NCBI GenBank assembly: GCA_049294655.1 | Contig: JBAQDI010000049.1 | Coordinates: 7,347 to 71,346 of the forward strand | Source: Azonexus sp. | GTDB taxonomy: Bacteria > Pseudomonadota > Gammaproteobacteria > Burkholderiales > Rhodocyclaceae | Length of the DNA: 64,000 bases | Direction: 5' to 3' | Part shown: piece by piece, positions 36,276-45,552 of the stretch | Layout: each line of letters begins with the position of its first letter | Position numbering within the stretch: position 1 is the stretch's first letter | Notes under the pieces: generated by a model | The model's input: only the letters and a program-made list of their open reading frames with translations | Databases searched by the model: none | What the model was told of the DNA's origin: nothing | Made by a program: the position numbers and the translations under genes

Positions 36276-36851
36276 ATGGACATCAATAGCGGCATCATCA
36301 CCGACCCGGTCCCCGACCATCCCCTGCTCAACGGGCGCCAGGAAATCGGGCGCGGCGAGAACACCATCGTCCTCGAAGGCGACGTCGTGGCGGGACAGGA
36401 ACACGTGTACAAGGTCCTTTCCTCGCCAACCGACTACGCTTACTACACGGCCGACGACCGGCCGACCGGCCCGCACTTCCCGATCGTTTATGCCGACCAT
36501 GGTCCGGTCGGCCGCTCCAGCCGCGGCTTCCCTTTCTACATCGTCGAAGTCGAAAAACTCTACCCGCTGCCCGGTGGCGGCGATGCGGCCGAAATCGCCA
36601 CCAAGATTTCGACCTCCTATTTCGACGCCTGCCTGATGTGGCGCAACCTGGCCCAGGACATGGGCCGCATCGCCCTGCACCACCTCGTGGTGACGCCGAT
36701 GGGCTGGACCGATACGGTGCAGCAGTCGCTCAAGGCGCTCGAGGATTTCTCCGGCGAATACGGCGCCCTGCCCGATCTCATCAAGGCTGACAACCTGATG
36801 ATGCGCAAGGACGGCACCCTGGTCTTCTCCGACCCGGTTTTCATGGAATGA
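36276..36851 (+). CDS. Hypothetical small protein with protein-kinase-like motif pattern
   Basis: IGRGENTIVLEG (Gly-rich-loop-like), VYKVL (beta3 Lys-like), FYIVEVEKL, LPDLIKADNLMMRKDG (catalytic-loop-like D....N) and VFSDPV (DFG-like). Pattern recognition only. Confidence 0.4.
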   Translation: MDINSGIITDPVPDHPLLNGRQEIGRGENTIVLEGDVVAGQEHVYKVLSSPTDYAYYTADDRPTGPHFPIVYADHGPVGRSSRGFPFYIVEVEKLYPLPGGGDAAEIATKISTSYFDACLMWRNLAQDMGRIALHHLVVTPMGWTDTVQQSLKALEDFSGEYGALPDLIKADNLMMRKDGTLVFSDPVFME

Positions 36852-36882
36852 AGCACTTACCGCAGACAGGCAGCACCCAACC

Positions 36883-37371
36883 ATGACCATCAAGCAGGTA
36901 TTGTTCGCTTCGCGCGAACTGGCCGAGTCGTTGGCCGGCAACCCCTACATGGCGGTGATCTCGATCACTGACCCGGGCACCCCGGAGGCCAAACTCGACC
37001 CGCTGTTCCAGCATGTGCTGCGCCTCTCCTTCTACGATGCCGTGCCGGCCGACGAATACCTGCCCTCGCCCTTTCCCGGCATGTTCGACTACCCGATGGC
37101 GCACCGGATCAGCGATTTTGTGCACGAACTGCACCGGGCCCCGTTTGAAATCTCGATGATGGTGCATTGCGAATACGGCGTCAGCCGTTCGGCCGCCGTC
37201 GCGCTGTTTGTCGAGGCCTACAGCGGCGCGCCGCTGGCCGCCCGCGAATTCACCTATGAAGCCAATCAGTGGGTCATCGACCAGATGACCAAGCTGCACC
37301 CGGAACTGCTCATCGAAACCCCACCCATGACCCAAGCCCACGACCGCCGCACAGCAAACAGGAAAGGCTAG
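36883..37371 (+). CDS. Cys-based (CX5R) tyrosine/dual-specificity phosphatase-like protein (COG5350-like)
   Basis: VHCEYGVSRSAAV matches HCX5R(S/T). Upstream ISITDPG....VLRLSFYD is typical of this small PTP-like family. Confidence 0.6.
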   Translation: MTIKQVLFASRELAESLAGNPYMAVISITDPGTPEAKLDPLFQHVLRLSFYDAVPADEYLPSPFPGMFDYPMAHRISDFVHELHRAPFEISMMVHCEYGVSRSAAVALFVEAYSGAPLAAREFTYEANQWVIDQMTKLHPELLIETPPMTQAHDRRTANRKG

Positions 37372-37463
37372 AGGCTAGTTATTAGCTATTAGTCGCTAGC
37401 TGCTAGCTAAAAACTACCGACTAATAACTAATAGCTAATAACTAACAACTAGCGACTAACAGG
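37369..37463. repeat. Degenerate heptamer array (13 units beginning TAG/TAA/TAC) forming an imperfect long inverted repeat; 5' leader of pta-ackA
   Basis: TAGAGGC TAGTTAT TAGCTAT TAGTCGC TAGCTGC TAGCTAA, then aaac, then TACCGAC TAATAAC TAATAGC TAATAAC TAACAAC TAGCGAC TAACAGG. The left arm 37374-37398 is complementary to 37414-37445 with a 7-nt insertion. 37388-37398 is also perfectly complementary to 37449-37459. Confidence 0.9.
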
Positions 37464-37472
37464 AGCAAGACC

Positions 37473-38891
37473 ATGCATGAGAGCAGCGAGCAGCGTTATC
37501 TCGCCAATCGCATCTACGACGAAATCCACATCGGCGACTCGTCCAGCCTGACCCGCACGCTGATGCCGGAAGACGTCAAGTTGTTCGCCATTCTGACCGG
37601 CGACTTCAATCCCTCGATTGTCGATCCAAAATTCTCGGAAAGCGGCATGTTCCGCGAGGTCATCGCGCACGGCATGTGGAGCGGCTCGCTGATCTCGACG
37701 GTACTCGGCACCCAGTTTCCCGGCCCGGGCACCATCCTGGTCGACCAGTCCCTGCATTTTTCCCGGCCGGTCAGCATCGGCGACACGATCACCATTACGG
37801 TCACCGCCAAGCAGAAGTTCGACCACAACCAGCACGTCATTTTCGACTGCGTGTGCACCAACCAGGAAGGCCTGCAGGTTGTGCGCGGCGCCGCCGAGGT
37901 GCTGGCCCCGACCGAAAAGGTCGCCCACCTGCAGGTCATGCACATGCCGCAGGTGCGCATCGACGACAAATACGAGCGTTACACCCAGCTGCTGTCGCGC
38001 GTCAAAGGCCTGGAGCCGATCCCGACCGCGGTCGCCCACCCCTGCGATTGCGAATCGCTGCGCGGCCCGGTCATCGCCTTCCAGGCCGGCATCATCGAGC
38101 CCATCCTGGTCGGGCCGGAAAACAAGATTCGCGCCGTCGCCGAGGAATTCGGCATTGACCTGAACGGTATCCGCATCGTCAATGCTGCGCACAGCCACGA
38201 TTCGGCCGCCATCGCCGTGTCCCTGGTGCGCACCGGCGACGCCGAGGCGCTGATGAAGGGCAGCCTGCACACCGATGAACTGATGGGCGAAGTGGTTTCC
38301 CGCGCCAACGGCCTGCGCACCTCGCGCCGCATCAGCCACGTTTTCGTCATGGACGTGCCGACCTATCACCGACCGCTGCTCATCACCGACGCGGCGATCA
38401 ACATCGCGCCAACGCTGGAAGAAAAGGTCGATATCGTGCAGAACGCCATCGACCTGGCACACATCATCGGCATCCCGGAACCCAAGGTGGCGATTCTTTC
38501 CGCCGTCGAGACGGTCAATCCGAAAATCCAGTCCACGCTCGATGCCGCCGCCCTGTGCAAGATGGCCGACCGCGGCCAGATCAAGGGCGGCATCCTGGAT
38601 GGCCCGCTCGCCTTCGACAATGCCGTCTCGCTGGTCGCCGCCAAAACTAAGGGCATCAAGTCGGCGGTCGCCGGCCATGCCGAAATTCTCGTCGTGCCTG
38701 ATCTCGAATCGGGCAACATGGTGGCCAAGCAGCTCGAATACCTGGCCAACGCGCTGACCGCCGGCATCGTGCTCGGCACCCGCGTGCCCATCGTGCTGAC
38801 CAGCCGCGCCGACTCGGCCGAAACCCGTACCGCCTCCTGCGTCATTGCCGCGCTGGTGGCCCACGCCAACCGCAACAAAGGAAACGCCTGA
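37473..38891 (+). CDS. pta: Bifunctional MaoC-like (R)-hydratase domain / phosphate acetyltransferase
   Basis: N-terminal hot-dog domain (FAILTGDFNPSIVDP...VIAHGMW) is fused to a PTA/PTB domain (HVFVMDVPTYHRPLLITDAAINI ... ILVVPDLESGNMVAK). RBS AGGAG at 37461. Confidence 0.8.
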   Translation: MHESSEQRYLANRIYDEIHIGDSSSLTRTLMPEDVKLFAILTGDFNPSIVDPKFSESGMFREVIAHGMWSGSLISTVLGTQFPGPGTILVDQSLHFSRPVSIGDTITITVTAKQKFDHNQHVIFDCVCTNQEGLQVVRGAAEVLAPTEKVAHLQVMHMPQVRIDDKYERYTQLLSRVKGLEPIPTAVAHPCDCESLRGPVIAFQAGIIEPILVGPENKIRAVAEEFGIDLNGIRIVNAAHSHDSAAIAVSLVRTGDAEALMKGSLHTDELMGEVVSRANGLRTSRRISHVFVMDVPTYHRPLLITDAAINIAPTLEEKVDIVQNAIDLAHIIGIPEPKVAILSAVETVNPKIQSTLDAAALCKMADRGQIKGGILDGPLAFDNAVSLVAAKTKGIKSAVAGHAEILVVPDLESGNMVAKQLEYLANALTAGIVLGTRVPIVLTSRADSAETRTASCVIAALVAHANRNKGNA

Positions 38892-38892
38892 C

Positions 38893-40068
38893 ATGCAACA
38901 AGGCATTCTCACCATCAACGCCGGCTCCTCGTCGATCAAGTTCGCGCTGTTCCCGCTCGCCCACCCGATTGAGGCAATCGCCGAAGTCTCCGGCCAGATC
39001 GACGGCATCGGCGCCGAAAATACCGAACTGATCGCCAAGAACCGGGCAGGAAAACTGATCGCTGAAGAAGCGCTGGGCAAGGTCAATCACGACCAGGCCT
39101 TCGACGCACTGCTCAAGTGGTTCACCGCCAGCTACGCCGGCTGGGAAATCGTCGCCGTCGGCCACCGCGTCGTGCATGGCGGCGAGCACTATTCAAAACC
39201 CATCGTCGTCACGCCGCATGTCCTGACCCGGCTGACCAGCTATTTCCCGCTCGCCCCGCTGCACCAGCCGCACAATGTCGCCGGCATTATCGCCCTGCAG
39301 AGCCTGTTGCCGAATGTCGCGCAGGTCGCCTGTTTCGACACCGCCTTCCACCGCAGCCAGCCGGACGTTGCGCAAATCTTCGGCCTGCCGCGCTCGATCA
39401 CCGCCGAAGGCGTCCGGCGCTATGGTTTCCACGGCCTGTCCTACGAGTACATCGCGCGCGCCCTGCCGCAGCATTCGCGGCGTGCCGACGGCCGCGTCGT
39501 CGTCGCCCACCTGGGCAACGGCGCCAGCATGGCGGCCATGGTCAATCGCAAGTGCGTCGCCACAACGCTCGGCTTCTCGACCATCGATGGCCTGGTCATG
39601 GGCACCCGGGTCGGCAATCTCGACCCCGGCGTCATCCTGCACCTGATGGAAACCAAGGGGCTGAGCGTCAAGGACATGACCAAGATGCTCTACAAGGAAT
39701 CCGGCCTGCTCGGCGTCTCCGGCATCAGCCAGGACATGCGCACCCTGCTCTCTTCCGACAAGCCGGAAGCCGAGGAAGCGGTCAATCTGTTCTGCTACCG
39801 CATCGCCCGCGAATTCGGCTCACTCGCCGCCGCAGCCGGCGGCATCGATGCCCTGGTATTCACCGGCGGCATCGGCGAACACGCCGCCGAAGTCCGCCGC
39901 CGCGTCTGCCTGCTCTCCGAATGGCTGGGCATCCGCGTCAACCCGGAAGCCAACGCCCGCCACGACCTGAATATCGCCGCCGGCACCAGCAGCGTCGATG
40001 TGCTGGTCATCCCGACCAACGAGGAATGGATGATGGCGCACCACGCGCAGACCTTGCTGGCGCTTTAA
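38893..40068 (+). CDS. ackA: Acetate kinase
   Basis: ILTINAGSSSIKFALF, GHRVVHGG, and GFHGLSYEY. ATG at 38893 lies 1 nt after the pta stop. Confidence 0.9.
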   Translation: MQQGILTINAGSSSIKFALFPLAHPIEAIAEVSGQIDGIGAENTELIAKNRAGKLIAEEALGKVNHDQAFDALLKWFTASYAGWEIVAVGHRVVHGGEHYSKPIVVTPHVLTRLTSYFPLAPLHQPHNVAGIIALQSLLPNVAQVACFDTAFHRSQPDVAQIFGLPRSITAEGVRRYGFHGLSYEYIARALPQHSRRADGRVVVAHLGNGASMAAMVNRKCVATTLGFSTIDGLVMGTRVGNLDPGVILHLMETKGLSVKDMTKMLYKESGLLGVSGISQDMRTLLSSDKPEAEEAVNLFCYRIAREFGSLAAAAGGIDALVFTGGIGEHAAEVRRRVCLLSEWLGIRVNPEANARHDLNIAAGTSSVDVLVIPTNEEWMMAHHAQTLLAL

Positions 40069-40087
40069 CTGAAGCCCGCTTAGCCAA

Positions 40088-40120
40088 CCCCGCCCGCGCT
40101 TGCCGGCGGGGTTTTGTTTT
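40088..40120. terminator. Rho-independent terminator after ackA (between convergent genes)
   Basis: CCCCGCC-N10-GGCGGGG stem followed by TTTTGTTTT. Confidence 0.65.
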
Positions 40121-40134
40121 TCCGGCGGGCGGCT

Positions 40135-40923
40135 TTATGCCTGCCGCGCCGCCAGAATGTCCTGGCGTGCCCCGGTCAACCATTCCTTGTTGTTGCGGGC
40201 ATAGGGGCGACCGTTCAACGAGGCACGTTTTTCGGCTTCAGCGAGCACCTTCTCGGCCTGTTCCCCACGCCCGAGCAGGGCGAGCAGCGAGGCATAGCGG
40301 CAACGGGCCTCTTCGCCGGGGAAATGCTCAAGGATGGCTTCGTACTGGGCCAGCGCCTCTTCGCTGCGCCCGAGGCCGGCCAGGGCGCGAGCCCGCAGCA
40401 GCTTGGCTTCGCCGGAGCGGAACCAGGGTTCGAGTTCGATGACGCGGTCAAGTGTAGCCACGGCGTGGTCGACATCGCGCTTGTAGAAATAGGCCTCGGC
40501 CAGGCCGAAGACCAGGCTGGGCTGATCGGCATGCAGGCCGACCAAGCAGCTCTTGTAGAGGGCGATGGCATCGTCGAACTGCCCGGAACTGATCAGCTCG
40601 TCGGCGAGCGCCGCCTTGTTGTCGACCGAGCCGCAGCGCTCGACTTCGCGGATGCGCGCCTTGAGATCGACGCCGGGGTCGATGACCTTGATGACGCGTT
40701 TGACGACGCGCGTGCCGCCAGACTGCGGCAGGATTTCAAAAATCAGGTAAGCCAGCGCCCCGAGCATCGGGAACATGACGATTACCAGGTACCACCACTG
40801 CGGACGCCCGGTCCGGTAGACATGAATGATGCACAGCAGGTCGAGGATGACGGGGAGGGAGGCGAGAATCGGCATGGCGGGCGCCAAAAAAGACGAAAGG
40901 CGTAGCTTACCGAACATCTGCAT
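40135..40923 (-). CDS. Membrane protein with PLD-nuclease N-terminal-type TM domain and TPR repeats
   Basis: ILDLLCIIHVYRTGRPQWWYLVIVMFPMLGALAYLIFEILP (PLDc_N-like), followed by TPR-like helical repeats. Confidence 0.55.
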   Translation of the reverse strand: MQMFGKLRLSSFLAPAMPILASLPVILDLLCIIHVYRTGRPQWWYLVIVMFPMLGALAYLIFEILPQSGGTRVVKRVIKVIDPGVDLKARIREVERCGSVDNKAALADELISSGQFDDAIALYKSCLVGLHADQPSLVFGLAEAYFYKRDVDHAVATLDRVIELEPWFRSGEAKLLRARALAGLGRSEEALAQYEAILEHFPGEEARCRYASLLALLGRGEQAEKVLAEAEKRASLNGRPYARNNKEWLTGARQDILAARQA

Positions 40924-41129
40924 GGAATATCCAGTCCCGCCTTTGCCAAGACCTTCAGGCTACCCGTTTTTTTCGGCAACTTCGGCGCACCAGAAATGCC
41001 CAAGCCTACGGATGCACCGGGTGGCCGAAAAAAATTTCAGCGCTCCAGAAACCGCCCGAAAAGCGCCTGTGCTTTGTTTTTTCGGGGCTTTTCAGGGGCA
41101 TGACAAAAGGGAGTATGGAACGGCACAAA

Positions 41130-41179
41130 ATCCCGTATCTAGTCAACGGATTGCATTGACCTACTATATCTAGTAGATT
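41130..41179 (+). promoter_or_regulatory. Tandem NrdR boxes overlapping a putative nrdJ promoter
   Basis: Box 2 CTACTATATCTAGTAG (41161-41176) is a near-palindrome resembling the NrdR consensus acaCwAtATaTwGtgt. Box 1 ATCCCGTATCTAGTCA (41130-41145) shares TATCTAGT and lies 31 bp upstream. Possible -35 TTGCAT (41151) and -10 TAGATT (41174). Confidence 0.55.
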
Positions 41180-41236
41180 GCTCGTCATTCAAAAATCAAT
41201 AAACCAATCAATGCACGTATTACCGAGGAGCAAAAA

Positions 41237-44134
41237 GTGAGCCCAGTCGCCGAACAACTTTCACTGACCGACATTCCGCCCGCCCCCGAATTCGCCCCCC
41301 TGCAGGAGCAGGAGATTTCCGGCGAAGTCCTGATCGAGAAATACGCCAAGGGCAAGGAAACCAATGTTCACGACGTGCGTAAACGCGTTGCCTGGGCACT
41401 GGCACAAGTCGAGCAGGAAAAGGATCGTGCGCACTGGGAAGCCAAATTCCTGTGGGCCCAGGAAAACGGTTTCATCCCGGCCGGCCGCATCAATTCCGCC
41501 GCCGGCACCGACCTGCAGGCGACGCTGATCAACTGCTTCGTGCAACCGGTCGGCGATTCCATCGTCGAGAACACCGATGGCCGTCCCGGCATCTACACCG
41601 CACTGGCCCAGGCTGCTGAAACGATGCGCCGCGGTGGCGGTGTCGGCTACGACTTTTCCTCGATCCGGCCGCAGGGCGCCCGCGTCAAGGGCACCCAATC
41701 GCGCGCTTCCGGCCCGGTCTCCTACATGCGCGTCTTCGACCGCTCGTGCGAAACCGTCGAATCGGCCGGCGCCCGTCGTGGTGCCCAGATGGGCGTGCTG
41801 CGTTGCGACCATCCGGATATCGAGGTCTTCATCCACGCCAAGGACAAGGGCGACCTTTCCAATTTCAACATTTCCATCGGCGTCACCGATGCCTTCATGG
41901 AAGCCGTTGATGCCGACACCGACGTCGAACTGACCCACCGCGCCGAGCCGAATGGCGAGATGAAGTCGTCCGGCGCCTACCAGCGCGAAGACGGCCAGTG
42001 GACCTACCGCAAGGTGCGCGCCCGCGATCTGTGGGACCAGGTCATGCGTTCGACCTACGACCACGCCGAACCGGGCATCCTGTTCCTTGACCGCATGAAC
42101 AAGGACAACAACCTCAATTACTGCGAAGTCATCGAGGCGACCAATCCCTGCGCCGAGCAACCGCTGCCGCCCTATGGCTGCTGCTGCCTGGGCTCGATCA
42201 ACCTGACCCTGTTCGTCCGCCACGCCTTCTCCGAGCAGGCCGCCTTCGACTTCGAAGAATTTGCCGAAGTTTGCCGCGTCTCGACCCGCATGCTCGACAA
42301 CGTGCTGGAAGCGACCCACTGGCCGCTCGAACGCCAGCAGCAGGAAGCCGCCAACAAGCGTCGCGTCGGCCTCGGCTTCACCGGCCTGGGCGATGCGCTG
42401 GCCATGCTGCGCCTGCGCTACGACAAGCCGGAAGCGCGCGCCATGGCGACCCGCATCACCGAAGAAATGCGCGATGCGGCCTATCTGTACTCGGTCGAAA
42501 TGGCCAAGGAACGCGGCGCCTTCCCGCTGTTCAACGCCGAGCTCTACCTCTCCGGCGGCAATTTTGCTTCCCGTCTGCCTGGCGACATCAAGGCTGAAAT
42601 CAGGAAGCACGGCCTGCGCAATTCGCACCTGCTGTCAATCGCACCGACCGGCACCATTTCGCTGGCCTTCGCCGACAATGCCTCGAACGGCATCGAACCG
42701 CCGTTCTCCTGGACCTACACGCGCAAAAAGCGCATGCCGGACGGCACGCTGAAAGAGTACTCGGTCGAAGACTACGCCTGGCGCCTGTACAAGCACCAGG
42801 GCGGCGACGTCAGCAAGCTGCCCGACTACTTCGTCACGGCCCTGGAAATCTCCGCCGCTGCGCACAAGGACATGGTTGCCGCCGTCGCTCCGTACATCGA
42901 CACCGCCATCTCGAAAACGGTGAACGTGCCGGGCGACTACCCCTACGAAGACTTCCAGGATCTCTACATGAGCGCCTGGAAATCCGGCCTCAAGGGTCTG
43001 GCCACCTATCGTCCGAACAGCATCCTCGGCTCCGTGCTCTCGGTCGAGCCGACCAAGGCCGAAGCCGCCGCTGCGGCCGATGCCAAGTCGCCGCAGGATT
43101 TCGTTTCCGACGCCAACCGTCGCCTGTCGATCAAGAACCTGCCGGCCCCGGTGCTCGCCAGCCTGCGCTGGCCGGGCCGCCCCAGCCTGCCGGAAGGCAA
43201 CCTGTGCTGGACCTACATGCTCGACTCGCCGATCGGCAAGTTCGCGCTCTTCGTCGGCCACGTCGAACCGGAAGGCCACGCCTGGCCGTTCGAAGTGTGG
43301 GCCAACGGCCCGGCCGAACCGCGCGGCCTGGGCGCCGTCGCCAAGACGCTGTCCATGGACATGCGCGCCAAGGATCACGGCTGGCTGGAAATGAAGCTCG
43401 ACGCCTTGGCCAAGACACCGGGCGACGCCTTCGAACTGCCGATGCCGCCGCATGGCGAACGCAAACGCATGCCTTCCGTCGTCTCGGCCATGGCCCAGAT
43501 CATCCGCTGGCGTTGCGAACAGCTCGGCGCCTTCCAGCACGAAGGCCCGACGCCGGTCAAGGATGCCCTGTTCAGCGCCAAGGAGCCGAAGACCGGCACC
43601 GACGGCACGCTGTCCTGGACGGTCGACGTCACCAACCCGTCAAGCGGCGAAGACTTCGTTCTCGGCCTCAAGGAAATCACCCTGCCGGACGGCGTCACCC
43701 GCCCCTACTCGATGTGGCTCTCGGGCAACTACCCGCGCGCGCTGGATGGCCTGTCCAAGCTGCTGTCGCTCGACATGCGCGTCCTCGACCCGGCCTGGAT
43801 CGGCATGAAACTGCGCAAACTGCTCGACTACCCGGAACCGCTCGGCGATTTCATGGCCTTCGTCCCCGGTTCGCGCAAGCAGCAGACCTACCCGTCCACG
43901 GTGGCCTATATCGCCAACCTCATCATCCACCGCTACGCCATGCTCGGCATCCTCGACGAAGCCGGCTTCCCGCTGCAACAAATGGGCATCCTCGAAGCCC
44001 CGGAAGACTCGACCAGCAACAAGGTCCTGCCGACCCAGGGCAAGCTCTGTGGCGAATGCGGCAATCACACGATGATCAGGAAGGATGGTTGCGACTTCTG
44101 CACGGCATGCGGAGCAGTTGGTAGCTGCGGCTGA
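41237..44134 (+). CDS. nrdJ: Adenosylcobalamin-dependent (class II) ribonucleoside-diphosphate reductase
   Basis: 965 aa with [21 protein letters not shown] (active-site Cys loop), [10 protein letters not shown], and a C-terminal Cys cluster [25 protein letters not shown] start is preceded by GAGGAG. Confidence 0.9.
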   Translation: MSPVAEQLSLTDIPPAPEFAPLQEQEISGEVLIEKYAKGKETNVHDVRKRVAWALAQVEQEKDRAHWEAKFLWAQENGFIPAGRINSAAGTDLQATLINCFVQPVGDSIVENTDGRPGIYTALAQAAETMRRGGGVGYDFSSIRPQGARVKGTQSRASGPVSYMRVFDRSCETVESAGARRGAQMGVLRCDHPDIEVFIHAKDKGDLSNFNISIGVTDAFMEAVDADTDVELTHRAEPNGEMKSSGAYQREDGQWTYRKVRARDLWDQVMRSTYDHAEPGILFLDRMNKDNNLNYCEVIEATNPCAEQPLPPYGCCCLGSINLTLFVRHAFSEQAAFDFEEFAEVCRVSTRMLDNVLEATHWPLERQQQEAANKRRVGLGFTGLGDALAMLRLRYDKPEARAMATRITEEMRDAAYLYSVEMAKERGAFPLFNAELYLSGGNFASRLPGDIKAEIRKHGLRNSHLLSIAPTGTISLAFADNASNGIEPPFSWTYTRKKRMPDGTLKEYSVEDYAWRLYKHQGGDVSKLPDYFVTALEISAAAHKDMVAAVAPYIDTAISKTVNVPGDYPYEDFQDLYMSAWKSGLKGLATYRPNSILGSVLSVEPTKAEAAAAADAKSPQDFVSDANRRLSIKNLPAPVLASLRWPGRPSLPEGNLCWTYMLDSPIGKFALFVGHVEPEGHAWPFEVWANGPAEPRGLGAVAKTLSMDMRAKDHGWLEMKLDALAKTPGDAFELPMPPHGERKRMPSVVSAMAQIIRWRCEQLGAFQHEGPTPVKDALFSAKEPKTGTDGTLSWTVDVTNPSSGEDFVLGLKEITLPDGVTRPYSMWLSGNYPRALDGLSKLLSLDMRVLDPAWIGMKLRKLLDYPEPLGDFMAFVPGSRKQQTYPSTVAYIANLIIHRYAMLGILDEAGFPLQQMGILEAPEDSTSNKVLPTQGKLCGECGNHTMIRKDGCDFCTACGAVGSCG

Positions 44135-44172
44135 TCAAAAGATGCTAGCTGCACCCATATAAGACAAGAATT

Positions 44173-44196
44173 CGGCCCGATTTTCCGGGCCGTTTT
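44173..44196 (+). terminator. Rho-independent terminator after nrdJ
   Basis: CGGCCCG-ATTTTC-CGGGCCG (7-bp stem) followed by TTTT. Confidence 0.7.
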
Positions 44197-44310
44197 CATT
44201 CTCAACAACGCAAACTTCGGCAACTTACTTTAATTCTGGTTCAGCATATAAAAGCTCTCTTCCAGCATCCATTCATTCGCAACGTATTAACTGTTGCCAG
44301 CGGCACTGCC

Positions 44311-45552
44311 TTGTCGCAAATCGTTGCAATCGCTTTTTCACCGCTACTCACTCGGCTTTACGGCCCCGAAGCATTTGGCCTACAAGGTATTTTCTTGTCG
44401 GCAGGAGGACTGGCCGCGACAATAGCAGCGATGGGCTACCCCACTGCCATCGTGCTCCCAAAGAATGATGCCGATGCCAAATTGATTGTTTTGTTATCAA
44501 TTTTCATTGGTCTCACAACCTCACTTCTGATTGCAGCAACGCTAATACTCTGGGGCGATGGCATACTTGCGCTGCTAAATGCCAAAGAAATCGCAGGCTT
44601 TATGTTCCTGATTCCCTTCGCAATGCTATTCAGCGTTTTCAGCGCAGTGCTGGGACAATGGCTAATCCGCAAGAAGGCATACAAGTTGAGCGCGCGTTAT
44701 GGTGTGCTTTCAACCGTATTACTGAACAGCATAAAGACCTGTCTCGGATTTATTCAGCCGACAGCATTCGTACTAATCGCCACCAATACGTTCGGAAGCG
44801 CCCTCTATCCCGCCCTAGCCTACCTTGGCTGGACGAAAGAGGAGAAGTGCGTTGCTGGCACCCAACTCAAGAGCAGCTCACGCAGGAAAACTGTCGCGAA
44901 GCTATTGAGGCTCGCAAAGAGGTACAGGGATTTTCCAATCCTTCGAACTCCACAAAATCTGATCAACAGTTTGTCTCAGGCATTACCAATGTTATTGCTG
45001 GCCAGTTTTTTTGGTCCGGCCTCCGCGGGGCACTACGGGATAGCACTCGCTGTACTTGGCATACCTGCAAGTCTGATCGGCAGTTCGGTAATGTCGGTCT
45101 TTTATCCAAAAGTCACCGAGTCAATCAACAACAAAGAAGACGCCAGATCTTTAATTGTTCGCGCTACGATCGGTATGGCAGCGACAGGGGCATTCCCGTT
45201 CGTTGTAATCCTCTTCGCTGGTCCATTTTTGTTTGCCTTGATCTTTGGCGCGGAGTGGAGAAATGCGGGTATCTATGCCCAAATTTTAAGCCCTTGGTTG
45301 TTTCTCCAATTTATTAACAAACCAGCCGTTTCAGCCATTCCATCCCTAGGTCTTCAGGGGGGGCTTCTCGTTTACGAACTTTTCAGCACAGGAACTAAAA
45401 TATTTGCCCTTTGGGTAGGCTTTTCAGTTTTCAAGTCCGACACAGCTGCAATTGGCATTTTCTCCTTGGTCGGAATAATCGCTTACCTGTGGTTGATTCT
45501 CTGGGTCATAACGCGCAGCCGCAATCTTCCAATCAGTGATAACGGATATTAA
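44311..45552 (+). CDS. Wzx-like oligosaccharide/polysaccharide flippase (MOP superfamily); N-terminus apparently lacks a canonical start
   Basis: AT-rich. 12-TM-like profile with a SPLLTRLYGPEAFG motif. The conserved N-terminal residues FIRNVLTVASGTA are encoded in frame upstream of the TTG at 44311. No ATG/GTG/TTG occurs between the in-frame stop at 44146 and 44311. Confidence 0.6.
   Translation: MSQIVAIAFSPLLTRLYGPEAFGLQGIFLSAGGLAATIAAMGYPTAIVLPKNDADAKLIVLLSIFIGLTTSLLIAATLILWGDGILALLNAKEIAGFMFLIPFAMLFSVFSAVLGQWLIRKKAYKLSARYGVLSTVLLNSIKTCLGFIQPTAFVLIATNTFGSALYPALAYLGWTKEEKCVAGTQLKSSSRRKTVAKLLRLAKRYRDFPILRTPQNLINSLSQALPMLLLASFFGPASAGHYGIALAVLGIPASLIGSSVMSVFYPKVTESINNKEDARSLIVRATIGMAATGAFPFVVILFAGPFLFALIFGAEWRNAGIYAQILSPWLFLQFINKPAVSAIPSLGLQGGLLVYELFSTGTKIFALWVGFSVFKSDTAAIGIFSLVGIIAYLWLILWVITRSRNLPISDNGY

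Noticed and set aside
40924-41236. Cobalamin riboswitch upstream of the B12-dependent nrdJ
   Set aside because: I could not find a B12-box-like element or the expected conserved stems. B12 riboswitches usually repress B12-independent alternatives rather than nrdJ. The NrdR boxes explain the leader better. This still needs an Infernal scan.
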